Origin: Omnitrophica WOR_2 bacterium GWF2_43_52
Lineage (GTDB): Bacteria > Omnitrophota > Gorgyraeia > Gygaellales > UBA12090
DNA length: 64,000 nucleotides
NCBI GenBank assembly: GCA_001805445.1
Contig: MHGF01000034.1
Coordinates: 102,451 to 166,450 of the forward strand
Direction: 5' to 3'
Below the pieces are notes generated by a model. It ran no database searches. It saw only the letters and a program-made list of their open reading frames with translations, and was not told the origin of the DNA. Positions 37,338 to 46,134 of the stretch are shown in pieces. Numbering within the stretch: position 1 is the first letter of the stretch; every line of letters starts with the position of its first letter. Position numbers and translations under genes: made by a program.

Positions 37338-38120
37338 ATGAAAGTATTATTTATCGGTGATATTGTTGGCGCTCCGGGGCGAGAGGCGGTGAAAGTGCTT
37401 GTTCCGAAGCTAAAAAAAGAAAGGGCGATAGATATCGTTATCGCCAACGCGGAAAATGTATCCGGAGGCACTGGCTTAACCCCGAAAGCAGCTGAAGAAT
37501 TATTTGGTTATGGCTGTGATTGCCTGACTACAGGTGACCATATCTGGAAGCTTAAGGAAGTATTTAAAATTATAGACCATCCGTATGTAATACGTCCCTT
37601 AAACCTCGCGCCAAATATTCCCGGTAAAGGCTATTGCGTGGTGAAAAAAAATAATTTTAGGCTTGGCGTGCTGAATGTGCAAGGAAGGGTTTTTATGCAG
37701 CCAATAGAGTGTCCGTTTAGGGCGGTAAGAGAGATTCTTCCTGTTATCAAAAAGGAAGCCGATGGTATTCTTGTTGATATCCATGCCGAGGCAACCAGCG
37801 AGAAGGCCGCCATGGGGCACTTTTTGGACGGGTTGGTTACGGCTGTTATTGGAACGCATACGCATATCCAGACCGCGGATGAGAAAATTCTTAAAGGCGG
37901 CACCGCCTATCTTACCGAGGCAGGCATGTGCGGCCCGTATGATTCGGTAATCGGCCAGGAGAAGTCGAAAATCATTGAGCGTTTTTTAACAGGGATGCCG
38001 GTGCGTTTTGAAGTGGCAACTGGAGACGTGCAGCTGCATGGGGCGATTATTGATATTGATGAGGCAACCGGTAAAGCTAGGGCGATTGAGAGAGTACAAG
38101 AAAAACTTCCGATTTTATGA
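37338..38120 (+). CDS. ymdB: YmdB-like metallophosphoesterase
   Basis: GDIVG..GR, NAEN, DIHAEATSEK, GTHTHIQTAD; follows rny. Confidence 0.9.
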   Translation: MKVLFIGDIVGAPGREAVKVLVPKLKKERAIDIVIANAENVSGGTGLTPKAAEELFGYGCDCLTTGDHIWKLKEVFKIIDHPYVIRPLNLAPNIPGKGYCVVKKNNFRLGVLNVQGRVFMQPIECPFRAVREILPVIKKEADGILVDIHAEATSEKAAMGHFLDGLVTAVIGTHTHIQTADEKILKGGTAYLTEAGMCGPYDSVIGQEKSKIIERFLTGMPVRFEVATGDVQLHGAIIDIDEATGKARAIERVQEKLPIL

Positions 38121-38151
38121 AGGACGAAGGACGTTGGACGAGGGGCGTTGG

Positions 38152-39387
38152 ATGCGCGTAGAAAATAAAGGCTTAAAAGAAGAAAAGCGTATTTATAGCG
38201 TCAGCGAGCTTACTGAAGATATTAAAACGCTTTTAGAAAATACTTTCCCTGAGGTGTGGATAGAAGGCGAAATTTCCAACTTCTCTCAATCACAATCAGG
38301 CCATTTTTATTTCAATTTAAAAGACGCGAAGAGTGTATTGCGCTGTGTGTTTTTCCGCGGTTTAAACAGCAGCCTGAAATTCGCGCTTAAAGACGGTTTG
38401 CATTGCCTTACCTTTGGCAGAATTAATGTTTATGGCCCAAGCGGCCAATACCAGCTGAGTATTCAAAGGTTAGAGCCGAAGGGGACAGGGGCGTTACAGC
38501 TTGCGTTTGAACAGCTCAAAGAAAAGTTAGCCAGGGAAGGCCTTTTTGATGAAGCGCGTAAAAAGCCTTTACCCGTTCTTCCCCTGCGCGTAGGAATAGT
38601 TACTTCGCCGGTAGGGGCGGCAATAAGAGATATCGTGAATATCTTAAAGCGCCGGGCGCCTTTCGTGAAAATAATTTTAAATCCGGTTAAGGTGCAAGGA
38701 GAAGGCTCGGCTCAAGAGATTGCCCGGGCAATTGCCGATTTTAACCAGTATAAAGATGTTGATGTTTTGATAGTCGGCAGGGGCGGCGGCAGCTTGGAAG
38801 ACCTGTGGGCATTTAACGAGGAAATTGTCGCTCGGGCAATCTACGCGTCCAAAATACCCGTAATGAGCGCTGTTGGCCATGAAGTTGATTGGACCATTTC
38901 CGATTTTGTCGCGGATGTCCGTGCCCCAACACCGTCTGCCGCGGCAGAGCTTGTGGCTCGGCAGAAAAACGAGCTTTGTGGTGAGCTTGAGCATGTAATG
39001 ATTCGCATGAACGTGAGTGTGGAAAATAAAATAAAAAGCTTGGCCAAGGAATTGTTCCGGTTAAAAGGCGCGTATGTGCTTAAGTACCCCTTGAACGTGG
39101 TTCAGGTCTATGTCCAGCGCGTTGATGAACTAAATCATCGTTTAAGCCAGAGGGCAAAACATATTCTGGAGGTTACCCGGCATAGGTTTGTGCATCTTGC
39201 CGAGAAGCTTAATGTCCTTAGCCCGTTAAACATCTTATCGCGCGGATACAGCATTACCTTTAAGCTCCCTGAGATGAAAGTGGTTACAGAGCTATCCCAG
39301 CTAAAGACGTCAGACTGCATCCAGACACGTTTAAAATCGGGAAGCATAGTGAGCCAAGTGCTTAGTAAAGTAGAGAGTAGAGAGTAG
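38152..39387 (+). CDS. xseA: Exodeoxyribonuclease VII large subunit
   Basis: GEISNF...SGHFYF, RGGGSLEDLWAFN, GHEVD, PTPSAAAE; start trimmed. Confidence 0.95.
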   Translation: MRVENKGLKEEKRIYSVSELTEDIKTLLENTFPEVWIEGEISNFSQSQSGHFYFNLKDAKSVLRCVFFRGLNSSLKFALKDGLHCLTFGRINVYGPSGQYQLSIQRLEPKGTGALQLAFEQLKEKLAREGLFDEARKKPLPVLPLRVGIVTSPVGAAIRDIVNILKRRAPFVKIILNPVKVQGEGSAQEIARAIADFNQYKDVDVLIVGRGGGSLEDLWAFNEEIVARAIYASKIPVMSAVGHEVDWTISDFVADVRAPTPSAAAELVARQKNELCGELEHVMIRMNVSVENKIKSLAKELFRLKGAYVLKYPLNVVQVYVQRVDELNHRLSQRAKHILEVTRHRFVHLAEKLNVLSPLNILSRGYSITFKLPEMKVVTELSQLKTSDCIQTRLKSGSIVSQVLSKVESRE

Positions 39388-39497
39388 TGAGTAGAAAGTA
39401 GTAAGTAGTAAGTGGAAGAAGAATAGCATTATTTACTCACTACTTTCTACTTGCTACTCTTTACTCCGAACGCCTGCCGGCAGGCAGGAAGTGAGGA
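39362..39497. repeat. Palindromic AGTAGAG array overlapping the xseA stop, with cctgccggcagg insert
   Basis: Same family as the 21.6-23.3 kb arrays; ends gaagtgagga. Confidence 0.7.
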
Positions 39498-39501
39498 TGA
39501 T

Positions 39502-39741
39502 ATGGCGGAGATAAAATTTGAGGAAGCGCTAAAAAAATTGGAGAAAATTGTTAGCGACCTGGAAGCAGGGAAACTTCCTTTAGACGAATCATTGAAAAAA
39601 TACGAAGAAGGTATCCGTCTGGTTCAGGGGTGTTCCAAAATCCTTGAAGCTGTGCAGAAAAAAGTCGAGGTTTTAACAAAAAAAGAGGGAACCTTTCAGC
39701 TTAAGCCGTTTGAGGATGAACAGCAACAAGATAAGGAGTAA
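39502..39741 (+). CDS. xseB: Exodeoxyribonuclease VII small subunit
   Basis: FEEALKKLE.IV..LE.G.LPL.ES...YEEG. Confidence 0.93.
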   Translation: MAEIKFEEALKKLEKIVSDLEAGKLPLDESLKKYEEGIRLVQGCSKILEAVQKKVEVLTKKEGTFQLKPFEDEQQQDKE

Positions 39742-39822
39742 TAATTGTTGCGTGTACCGCCAACCGTGTACCGTATCGGTAAGCGGTGAGCGGTTAACGG
39801 TACGCGTAACGTTATTTTTGAA

Positions 39823-41736
39823 ATGTTACTAGAATCCATTAATAGTCCGAACGATTTAAAAAAACTTAGCCTCCAGCAGTTAAACATCCTGTGCACTGAA
39901 ATCCGCAGCCGCATCGTTGATGTTGTTTCTAAAAACGGAGGCCATCTTGCCTCAAGCCTAGGCGCGGTGGAGATTATTACCGCCTTGCATTATTGCCTTA
40001 CTATGCCGTCTGAGGCAATAGTCTTTGATGTCGGCCATCAGGCATATTCCCACAAAATTTTAACCGGTAGGAATAAACAATTTTCCACCGTGAGGCAATT
40101 TGGCGGCTTAAGCGGTTTCCCCACGCATACGGAGTCAGACTATGACCCCTTTACCGCGGGGCATAGTTCAGACGCGGTTTCGCTTGCCTTAGGCTTAAGT
40201 ATCGGAGGCTGCCCTAAGGCGGTCGCGGTCATCGGCGATGGTTCGCTTTCCGGAGGGCTGTGTTTTGAAGGGCTCAATAATGCCGGCCATCTGAAGAAAG
40301 ATTTATTGGTGGTATTAAACACCAACGAACTAAGTATCGCTCCTAGTGTGGGCGCGGTAAGCGTGTATTTAAATAAGATTATCTCTCAGCCTTTGTATAA
40401 CCGCTTCCGTGAATCGTTGGAACATTTTATCCGCAGCCGCCTTCCAAAAGGTAAAGTCATCCTGAAACTGGCCGACAAATTTGAAAAGGAGCTTAAGGGA
40501 TTTTTTGTTCCGGGCATGTTATTTGAGGAATTAGGTTTTCGTTATTTCGGGCCGCTTGACGGGCATAACTTACCGTTACTTATTACTACCTTAAAGAATT
40601 TACTTACCTTTAAAGGGCCGATACTATTGCATGTGGTAACCAAAAAAGGGAAAGGGTATCCTCCCGCGGAGAACGAACCGGTTCGGTTCCATGGAGCGGG
40701 CCCTTTTGATATCGCAACCGGTAAGCCTTCTTCTCCCTCTGCTTGCGTAACCTATACCGACATTTTCAGCAGAAAAATGGTCGCCGTAGGCAAAGAAAAT
40801 AAGAAAGTTGTGGCTATCACCGCGGCTATGCCCGAAGGCACGGGGTTAGATAAATTCCGCGATTGCTATCCGGAACGTTTTTTTGATGTTGGGATTGCTG
40901 AAGCTCACGCGATTTGTTTTGCGGCTGGTTTAGCGAAGCGAGGGCTGAAGCCGATTGTCGCGATTTACTCAACGTTCTTACAACGCAGCTATGATCAGAT
41001 TATAGAGAGTATCGGTGTGCAAAATGCGCCGGTGGTGCTCTGTCTTGACCGCGCGGGAATAAGCGGAGAAGACGGAGTAACGCATCAGGGGAATTTTGAT
41101 ATTGTCTATTTACGCAGTGTCCCCGGATTAGTGGTGATGGCAGCATCAAGCGGCCCGGAGTTGGAGGCAATGCTTGATTTTGCTCTTACGATGGGCAGGC
41201 CCTGCGCAATCAGGTATCCAAAGGAAAAAGCTGCCGATGCGCGATTTTCTATTCTAGGCAAATCCCTGGGAATGCGTCAGGACCTTCACTTAGGCAAGGC
41301 AGAAGTCTTGCGCGAAGGAAAAGATGTTGCTATTATTGCTTTAGGGGCAATGGTGCAAAACTGCCTTGAGGCAGCGGATATCCTTGGTAAAGAAGGCGTG
41401 GACGCATGCGTGATTAATGCCCGTTTTGTTAAGCCGCTGGATAAAGAATGGCTCTTAACGCTCTCATCACGCTATAGATATCTGGTAACCGTTGAAGATG
41501 GTATCCTTGACGGAGGCTTTGGAAGCGCGGTATTAGAAGTAGTGAATAGGCCTATAGCGCGTTTGGGGTTACCTTGCGTATTTATCGAGCATGGCAAAAG
41601 AAGCCAACTCCTTGAAAAATACGCGCTTGATACCAAAGGTATCGCAAAAAGCATAAAGGCGTATTGCGAAAGAGAAGCCTTGCCCCACACTCCCGTGTGG
41701 GGAATGACAGGAAATACTACAGGCGGGAGCCTGTAG
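39823..41736 (+). CDS. dxs: 1-deoxy-D-xylulose-5-phosphate synthase
   Basis: GGHLASSLG, DVGHQAY.HK, GDGS, DVGIAE, DG.THQG. Confidence 0.95.
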   Translation: MLLESINSPNDLKKLSLQQLNILCTEIRSRIVDVVSKNGGHLASSLGAVEIITALHYCLTMPSEAIVFDVGHQAYSHKILTGRNKQFSTVRQFGGLSGFPTHTESDYDPFTAGHSSDAVSLALGLSIGGCPKAVAVIGDGSLSGGLCFEGLNNAGHLKKDLLVVLNTNELSIAPSVGAVSVYLNKIISQPLYNRFRESLEHFIRSRLPKGKVILKLADKFEKELKGFFVPGMLFEELGFRYFGPLDGHNLPLLITTLKNLLTFKGPILLHVVTKKGKGYPPAENEPVRFHGAGPFDIATGKPSSPSACVTYTDIFSRKMVAVGKENKKVVAITAAMPEGTGLDKFRDCYPERFFDVGIAEAHAICFAAGLAKRGLKPIVAIYSTFLQRSYDQIIESIGVQNAPVVLCLDRAGISGEDGVTHQGNFDIVYLRSVPGLVVMAASSGPELEAMLDFALTMGRPCAIRYPKEKAADARFSILGKSLGMRQDLHLGKAEVLREGKDVAIIALGAMVQNCLEAADILGKEGVDACVINARFVKPLDKEWLLTLSSRYRYLVTVEDGILDGGFGSAVLEVVNRPIARLGLPCVFIEHGKRSQLLEKYALDTKGIAKSIKAYCEREALPHTPVWGMTGNTTGGSL

Positions 41737-41745
41737 TAACAAAGT

Positions 41746-41946
41746 ATGGCGCATATAAAAATTAAGAGAGATAAATGTAAAGGCTGTATGCTTTGCATCA
41801 AGGTCTGCCCTAAGGGGCAGCTTAAGGAAGATAGTGTATTAAATAAGAAAGGCATTAAGCCGGTAGTGTTTTTAGGGCAGGATTGCACCGGATGCACATT
41901 TTGCGGCGTAATTTGTCCGGATACGGCGATAGAGGTATATAAATAG
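41746..41946 (+). CDS. 2[4Fe-4S] ferredoxin (oxidoreductase delta subunit)
   Basis: Two CxxCxxCxxxCP motifs. Confidence 0.9.
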   Translation: MAHIKIKRDKCKGCMLCIKVCPKGQLKEDSVLNKKGIKPVVFLGQDCTGCTFCGVICPDTAIEVYK

Positions 41947-41954
41947 TCGTACGC

Positions 41955-42117
41955 TAATATGTTAAAAACGGATATCGGGTGATCTGGGGATTGGGATTCG
42001 GAGATCGGGAAATCAGGGGATTAGGAGAATAGGCACTATTTTGTCCCCGCTATCCTGATATCCTAATTACCAAATCCTGATCTCCTGATAACTTAATCTC
42101 CGCATTTGACATGGTTA
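41955..42117. mobile_element. Family D palindromic element with octamer core
   Basis: TIR atgttaaaaacgg / ccgcatttgacat; atcagg/cctgat repeats; diverged homolog at 44659-44819. Confidence 0.7.
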
Positions 42118-42145
42118 TGTACACAGAGTATAAGTGGAGTGACCG

Positions 42146-43249
42146 GTGACCAAGGGACAGAAGATCTTAATATCGGGCAATGAGGCGATCGCGCAAGCGG
42201 CGCTTGATGCCGGATGTACTTTTTACGCGGGCTATCCCATTACTCCGCAAAACGAAATCATTGCCTATATGTCAGAGCATATGCCTTTACAGGGAGGGGT
42301 TTTTATCCAGTCAGAGTCAGAGCTTGCGGCGATCAATATGGTATTCGGAGCTTCTGCCGTGGGAGCGCGGGCAATGACCAGTTCCTCAAGCCCGGGGATA
42401 AGCCTTATGCAAGAGGCAATTTCCTATATCGCGGGGGCAGAGCTTCCCGCGGTTATAGTAAATGTTATGCGCGCGGGCCCCGGCTTGGGTAATATCTGGC
42501 CGGCACAATCAGACTATTTTCAAGCTACAAAGCCAGGGCATGGGGATTATCATTGTATCGCGCTTGCTCCTTCCAGCGTTCAGGAGGCATACGAGGTAAC
42601 CAAGGACGCCTTCAGGCTGGCAGATATGTACCGCATCCCGGTATTTATTTTAAGCGATGGTATGCTGGGACAGATGATGGAGCCGTTATTAGCCGATAGC
42701 CAAGGGTCAATGGCCGATGGTAAAAGAAAGAAGCTATCGACTATCGACTATCGACTATCGACTAAAAAGTGGGCGGCGACAGGGTGCAAGGGAAGAGACG
42801 CGCATGTGGTTAAGTCGTTTTATATGAATATGGGAGAATTAGAGCGGTTCAATTTGGAACTGCAGGAAAAATATAAAAAGATAAAGGCGCGCGAGCAGAA
42901 ACAGGAAGCATTGTATATAGATGATGCTCAGGTTGTTTTAGTCGCCTATGGGACAATGGCGCGCCTGGCGAAAGAGGCAATGGCTATTCTAAGAAAAAAA
43001 GGGGTAAAGGCTGGTTTGCTTAGGCCAATCAGCGTATGGCCGTTTCCGGAAGATATAATTAAAAGGTTAACAGTAAGCGGTAAACGGGTCGTGTTTCTTG
43101 TCATTGAAATGTCTTATGGGCAAATGGTGGAAGATGTACGGTTGGCTGTTAATGGCAGGGCTCAGGTTGAATTTTTAGGCCGTTCCGGAGGGGGAATCCC
43201 TTCAGAGGAAGAAATCATTAATAAAACTGTTGCATTGTTAAACTGCTAA
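42146..43249 (+). CDS. vorB: 2-oxoacid:ferredoxin oxidoreductase alpha (VorB-type), with heptamer insertion
   Basis: GNEAIA, YAGYPITPQ, ESELAA, TSSSSPG. Confidence 0.9.
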   Translation: MTKGQKILISGNEAIAQAALDAGCTFYAGYPITPQNEIIAYMSEHMPLQGGVFIQSESELAAINMVFGASAVGARAMTSSSSPGISLMQEAISYIAGAELPAVIVNVMRAGPGLGNIWPAQSDYFQATKPGHGDYHCIALAPSSVQEAYEVTKDAFRLADMYRIPVFILSDGMLGQMMEPLLADSQGSMADGKRKKLSTIDYRLSTKKWAATGCKGRDAHVVKSFYMNMGELERFNLELQEKYKKIKAREQKQEALYIDDAQVVLVAYGTMARLAKEAMAILRKKGVKAGLLRPISVWPFPEDIIKRLTVSGKRVVFLVIEMSYGQMVEDVRLAVNGRAQVEFLGRSGGGIPSEEEIINKTVALLNC

Positions 43250-43295
43250 ATTGCCAATCCTCATAACAATTTAGCAATGTAACAATGAATACTTA

Positions 43296-44024
43296 ATGAA
43301 AAAAGTTTTTAGCAGGACTAGCTCTTTACGCGACGTTGACACCCATTACTGTTCCGGCTGCGGGCATGGTATCGCGCACCGTTTGATCGCGGAGGCCATT
43401 GACGAGTTAGATATCAGGGAACAGGTTATCGGGATAACGCCTGTAGGCTGCGCGGTGATAGCCTATAATTACTGGAATTTTGATTGCGTGGAGAGCCCTC
43501 ATGGCAGAGGGTTGGCAATAGCGACCGCGATAAAGAGGGTTCGGCCTCAGAATATAGTATTTACGTATCAGGGTGACGGGGACCTGGCGGCAATAGGGAC
43601 CGCGGAGACAATTCATGCCGCTAACCGGGGAGAAAACCTAACGGTTATATTTATTAACAATGCCGTCTATGGCATGACCGGGGGGCAGATGGCGCCGACA
43701 ACCCTTATTGGCCAGAAGACCGCGACAAGCCCGCGGGGAAGAGATATAGGAAATGAAGGGTATCCGTTAAAAATATCAGAGATAGTCGCGCAGCTGCCCG
43801 GGGTATATTCTGTAGAACGGGTATCGTGCGATTCTCCCAAAGGGGTTTTAAAGGCGAAAAGCGCGATCAAGGCAGCGTTTAAGAATCAGATGGACAATAA
43901 GGGTTTTTCTTTGGTGGAAGTGCTTTCAGCCTGTCCAACGTACTGGAGTTTGACACCCGCAGATTCTTTGGACTGGATGCAGAATACAATGAGCAAAGAG
44001 TTTCCCTTGGGGAAGATTAAATAA
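43296..44024 (+). CDS. 2-oxoacid:ferredoxin oxidoreductase beta (TPP-binding)
   Basis: YCSGCGHG, QGDGD, NNAVYGMTGGQ. Confidence 0.9.
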   Translation: MKKVFSRTSSLRDVDTHYCSGCGHGIAHRLIAEAIDELDIREQVIGITPVGCAVIAYNYWNFDCVESPHGRGLAIATAIKRVRPQNIVFTYQGDGDLAAIGTAETIHAANRGENLTVIFINNAVYGMTGGQMAPTTLIGQKTATSPRGRDIGNEGYPLKISEIVAQLPGVYSVERVSCDSPKGVLKAKSAIKAAFKNQMDNKGFSLVEVLSACPTYWSLTPADSLDWMQNTMSKEFPLGKIK

Positions 44025-44107
44025 ATGAGGCCACCCGTCATTGAATCACAGCGCCACTTGTTGTATTTACCGGTGACTTTGTGACTTGGTGACCTGGTGA
44101 CACGGTA

Positions 44108-44668
44108 ATGACTGAACGTATCATCATCAGCGGTTTTGGCGGGCAGGGCATAATGTTTTTAGGTAAGCTTATTGCCTGGGCCGCGATGCGCGAAAATAAA
44201 TTTGTAACCTTTTTGCCCGCCTATGGGGCTGAGGTAAGAGGGGGGACGTCTCATTGCGCAATAGTAATTTCCGACGAAGAAATAGCTTCGCCTTGCGTAG
44301 ATACAATAGATACGTTAATCGCGATGAATAGTCCGTCTTTAGAAAAATTTATCCCTCAGGCCAAAAAAGGCGCGGATGTGTTTGTGAATAGTTCAATGGT
44401 TAGTGATTTCAAGAAAATAAACGGAATTCATTGGCACAATGTTCCTTTTACCGATATAGCCTTAAAATTAGGAAATGTAAAATCAGCCAATAGCGTGGCT
44501 TTAGGAGTTTATTTAGCAAAGAAAAAGATACTTTCGGCGGAAAACATTATTACGATGCTGCCGGAGGCATTTAAAAATAATCAAAAACTTGTGGATTTAA
44601 ACGAAAAGGCAATTAAAGAAGGATTAAAATATTCAGGGTTTCATGATAGTGAGGTAGCAACATGTTAA
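44108..44668 (+). CDS. 2-oxoacid:ferredoxin oxidoreductase gamma
   Basis: GFGGQG, YGAEVRGG. Confidence 0.9.
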   Translation: MTERIIISGFGGQGIMFLGKLIAWAAMRENKFVTFLPAYGAEVRGGTSHCAIVISDEEIASPCVDTIDTLIAMNSPSLEKFIPQAKKGADVFVNSSMVSDFKKINGIHWHNVPFTDIALKLGNVKSANSVALGVYLAKKKILSAENIITMLPEAFKNNQKLVDLNEKAIKEGLKYSGFHDSEVATC

Positions 44669-44819
44669 AAGCGGATATCAGGACATCAGGTGATTAGGGT
44701 TCGGAGAACTGGAAACCGGGATATTAGGGAAAAATCGATAGTATGTTTCCAATATCTTGATTCTCTGATTACCAAATCCCAATCTCCCGATGTTTCAATT
44801 CCCGCATTTAACATAGTTA
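44659..44819. mobile_element. Family D element, second copy
   Basis: atgttaaaagcgg...ccgcatttaacatagtta. Confidence 0.7.
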
Positions 44820-44847
44820 ATTACGCATAGCATACGGGGAGGTCTCA

Positions 44848-46134
44848 ATGGTAAGGGTACGTTTTGCCCCAAGCCCTACGGGGAATTTGCATATCGGCGG
44901 CGGGCGCACCGCGCTTTTTAATTGGCTGTATGCCCGGGCAAAAGGCGGAAAGTTTGTATTACGTATTGAAGATACGGATGTGGCGCGTTCAAAGAAGGAA
45001 TATCTGGATGAGATTTTAAACAGCCTTTCGTGGCTTGGCTTAACTTGGGATGAGCTTTATTATCAAAGCCAGAGGTTTGAAATTTATAAAGAATACGCCC
45101 AGAAGCTGTTAGCCCAAGGGCTCGCGTATCAGGAAGGCCCGGCAATCATTTTTAAGGTCCAGCCGGAGAAAATAAGAATCAATGACCTCATCCGGCAGGA
45201 GCCGATCGAATTTGATACCGCGTTGATTAAGGATCAAGTCTTGATTAAGTCGGACCTTAGCCCCACCTATAATTTTGCCTGCGTGATTGACGATGCCTTA
45301 ATGAATATTACCCATATTATCCGGGGGGATGATCATATTTCAAATACCCCGAAACAAATTGTGTTATATCAGGCATTAGGGTTTCCCATCCCGGAATTCG
45401 CGCACCTGCCTTTGATACTGGGAACCGAAGGCGGGAGGCTTTCTAAAAGGACAGGGGCAACCGCGATTAGCGATTACCGCGCGATGGGCTATCTGCCCCA
45501 GGCCTTGGTAAATTACCTTTTGCTTTTAGGCTGGTCCCCGGGTGAAAATCAGGAGCTCATCGCTATCAGCGAGGTTATAAAGAAATTTGATATTAAGGAT
45601 GCCAATAAAACCGCGGCTACCTTTGATTTAGAAAAACTGCGGTGGATTAACGCGCAGTATATAAAGAAGGCAGCGCCGCAGGAGTTATGGGAAATGCTCA
45701 AGCCTTTGTGCCTGGAGAAGGGGCTGCAAGTAAATAATTTTGATAGCAATTATTTATTATCTATTGTAAAATTATTCCAGGAACGCATCAGTACTTTAGC
45801 AGACTTTCCCGAGTATAGCGATTTTTTCTTTATAGAAGAGATAGTGTTAACTTCGGAAGCGAAAAAGCGCCTGGATGCGAAAGATTATTCTCGCGAGTTT
45901 AAGCTTTTACTTGAGCGGTTAGACGGGCTTGAGCATTTTGACTGCTTAAGCATAGAAAATTCTTTCCGGCTTTTGGTTTCCGAATTGAACATCAAAGCAG
46001 GAGAGCTCGTGCATCCTGTGCGTTCGGCGTTAACCGGGAAAACCATCGGCCCGGGGCTGTTTGAGCTTATGGAAGTCCTAGGTAAAAAAAGGATAGAAGC
46101 AAGGCTAACAAAATACATCAAAGGAGGTGTATGA
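44848..46134 (+). CDS. gltX: Glutamate-tRNA ligase, compact form
   Basis: RFAPSPTG.LHIG, RIEDTD, RGDDH, LSKR. Confidence 0.95.
   Translation: MVRVRFAPSPTGNLHIGGGRTALFNWLYARAKGGKFVLRIEDTDVARSKKEYLDEILNSLSWLGLTWDELYYQSQRFEIYKEYAQKLLAQGLAYQEGPAIIFKVQPEKIRINDLIRQEPIEFDTALIKDQVLIKSDLSPTYNFACVIDDALMNITHIIRGDDHISNTPKQIVLYQALGFPIPEFAHLPLILGTEGGRLSKRTGATAISDYRAMGYLPQALVNYLLLLGWSPGENQELIAISEVIKKFDIKDANKTAATFDLEKLRWINAQYIKKAAPQELWEMLKPLCLEKGLQVNNFDSNYLLSIVKLFQERISTLADFPEYSDFFFIEEIVLTSEAKKRLDAKDYSREFKLLLERLDGLEHFDCLSIENSFRLLVSELNIKAGELVHPVRSALTGKTIGPGLFELMEVLGKKRIEARLTKYIKGGV

Noticed and set aside
38008-38151. N-terminal extension of xseA in the ORF track (similarly nifU, xseB, metV, coaC, yicC)
   Set aside because: Extensions overlap upstream genes or repeats; downstream ATGs fit family starts better
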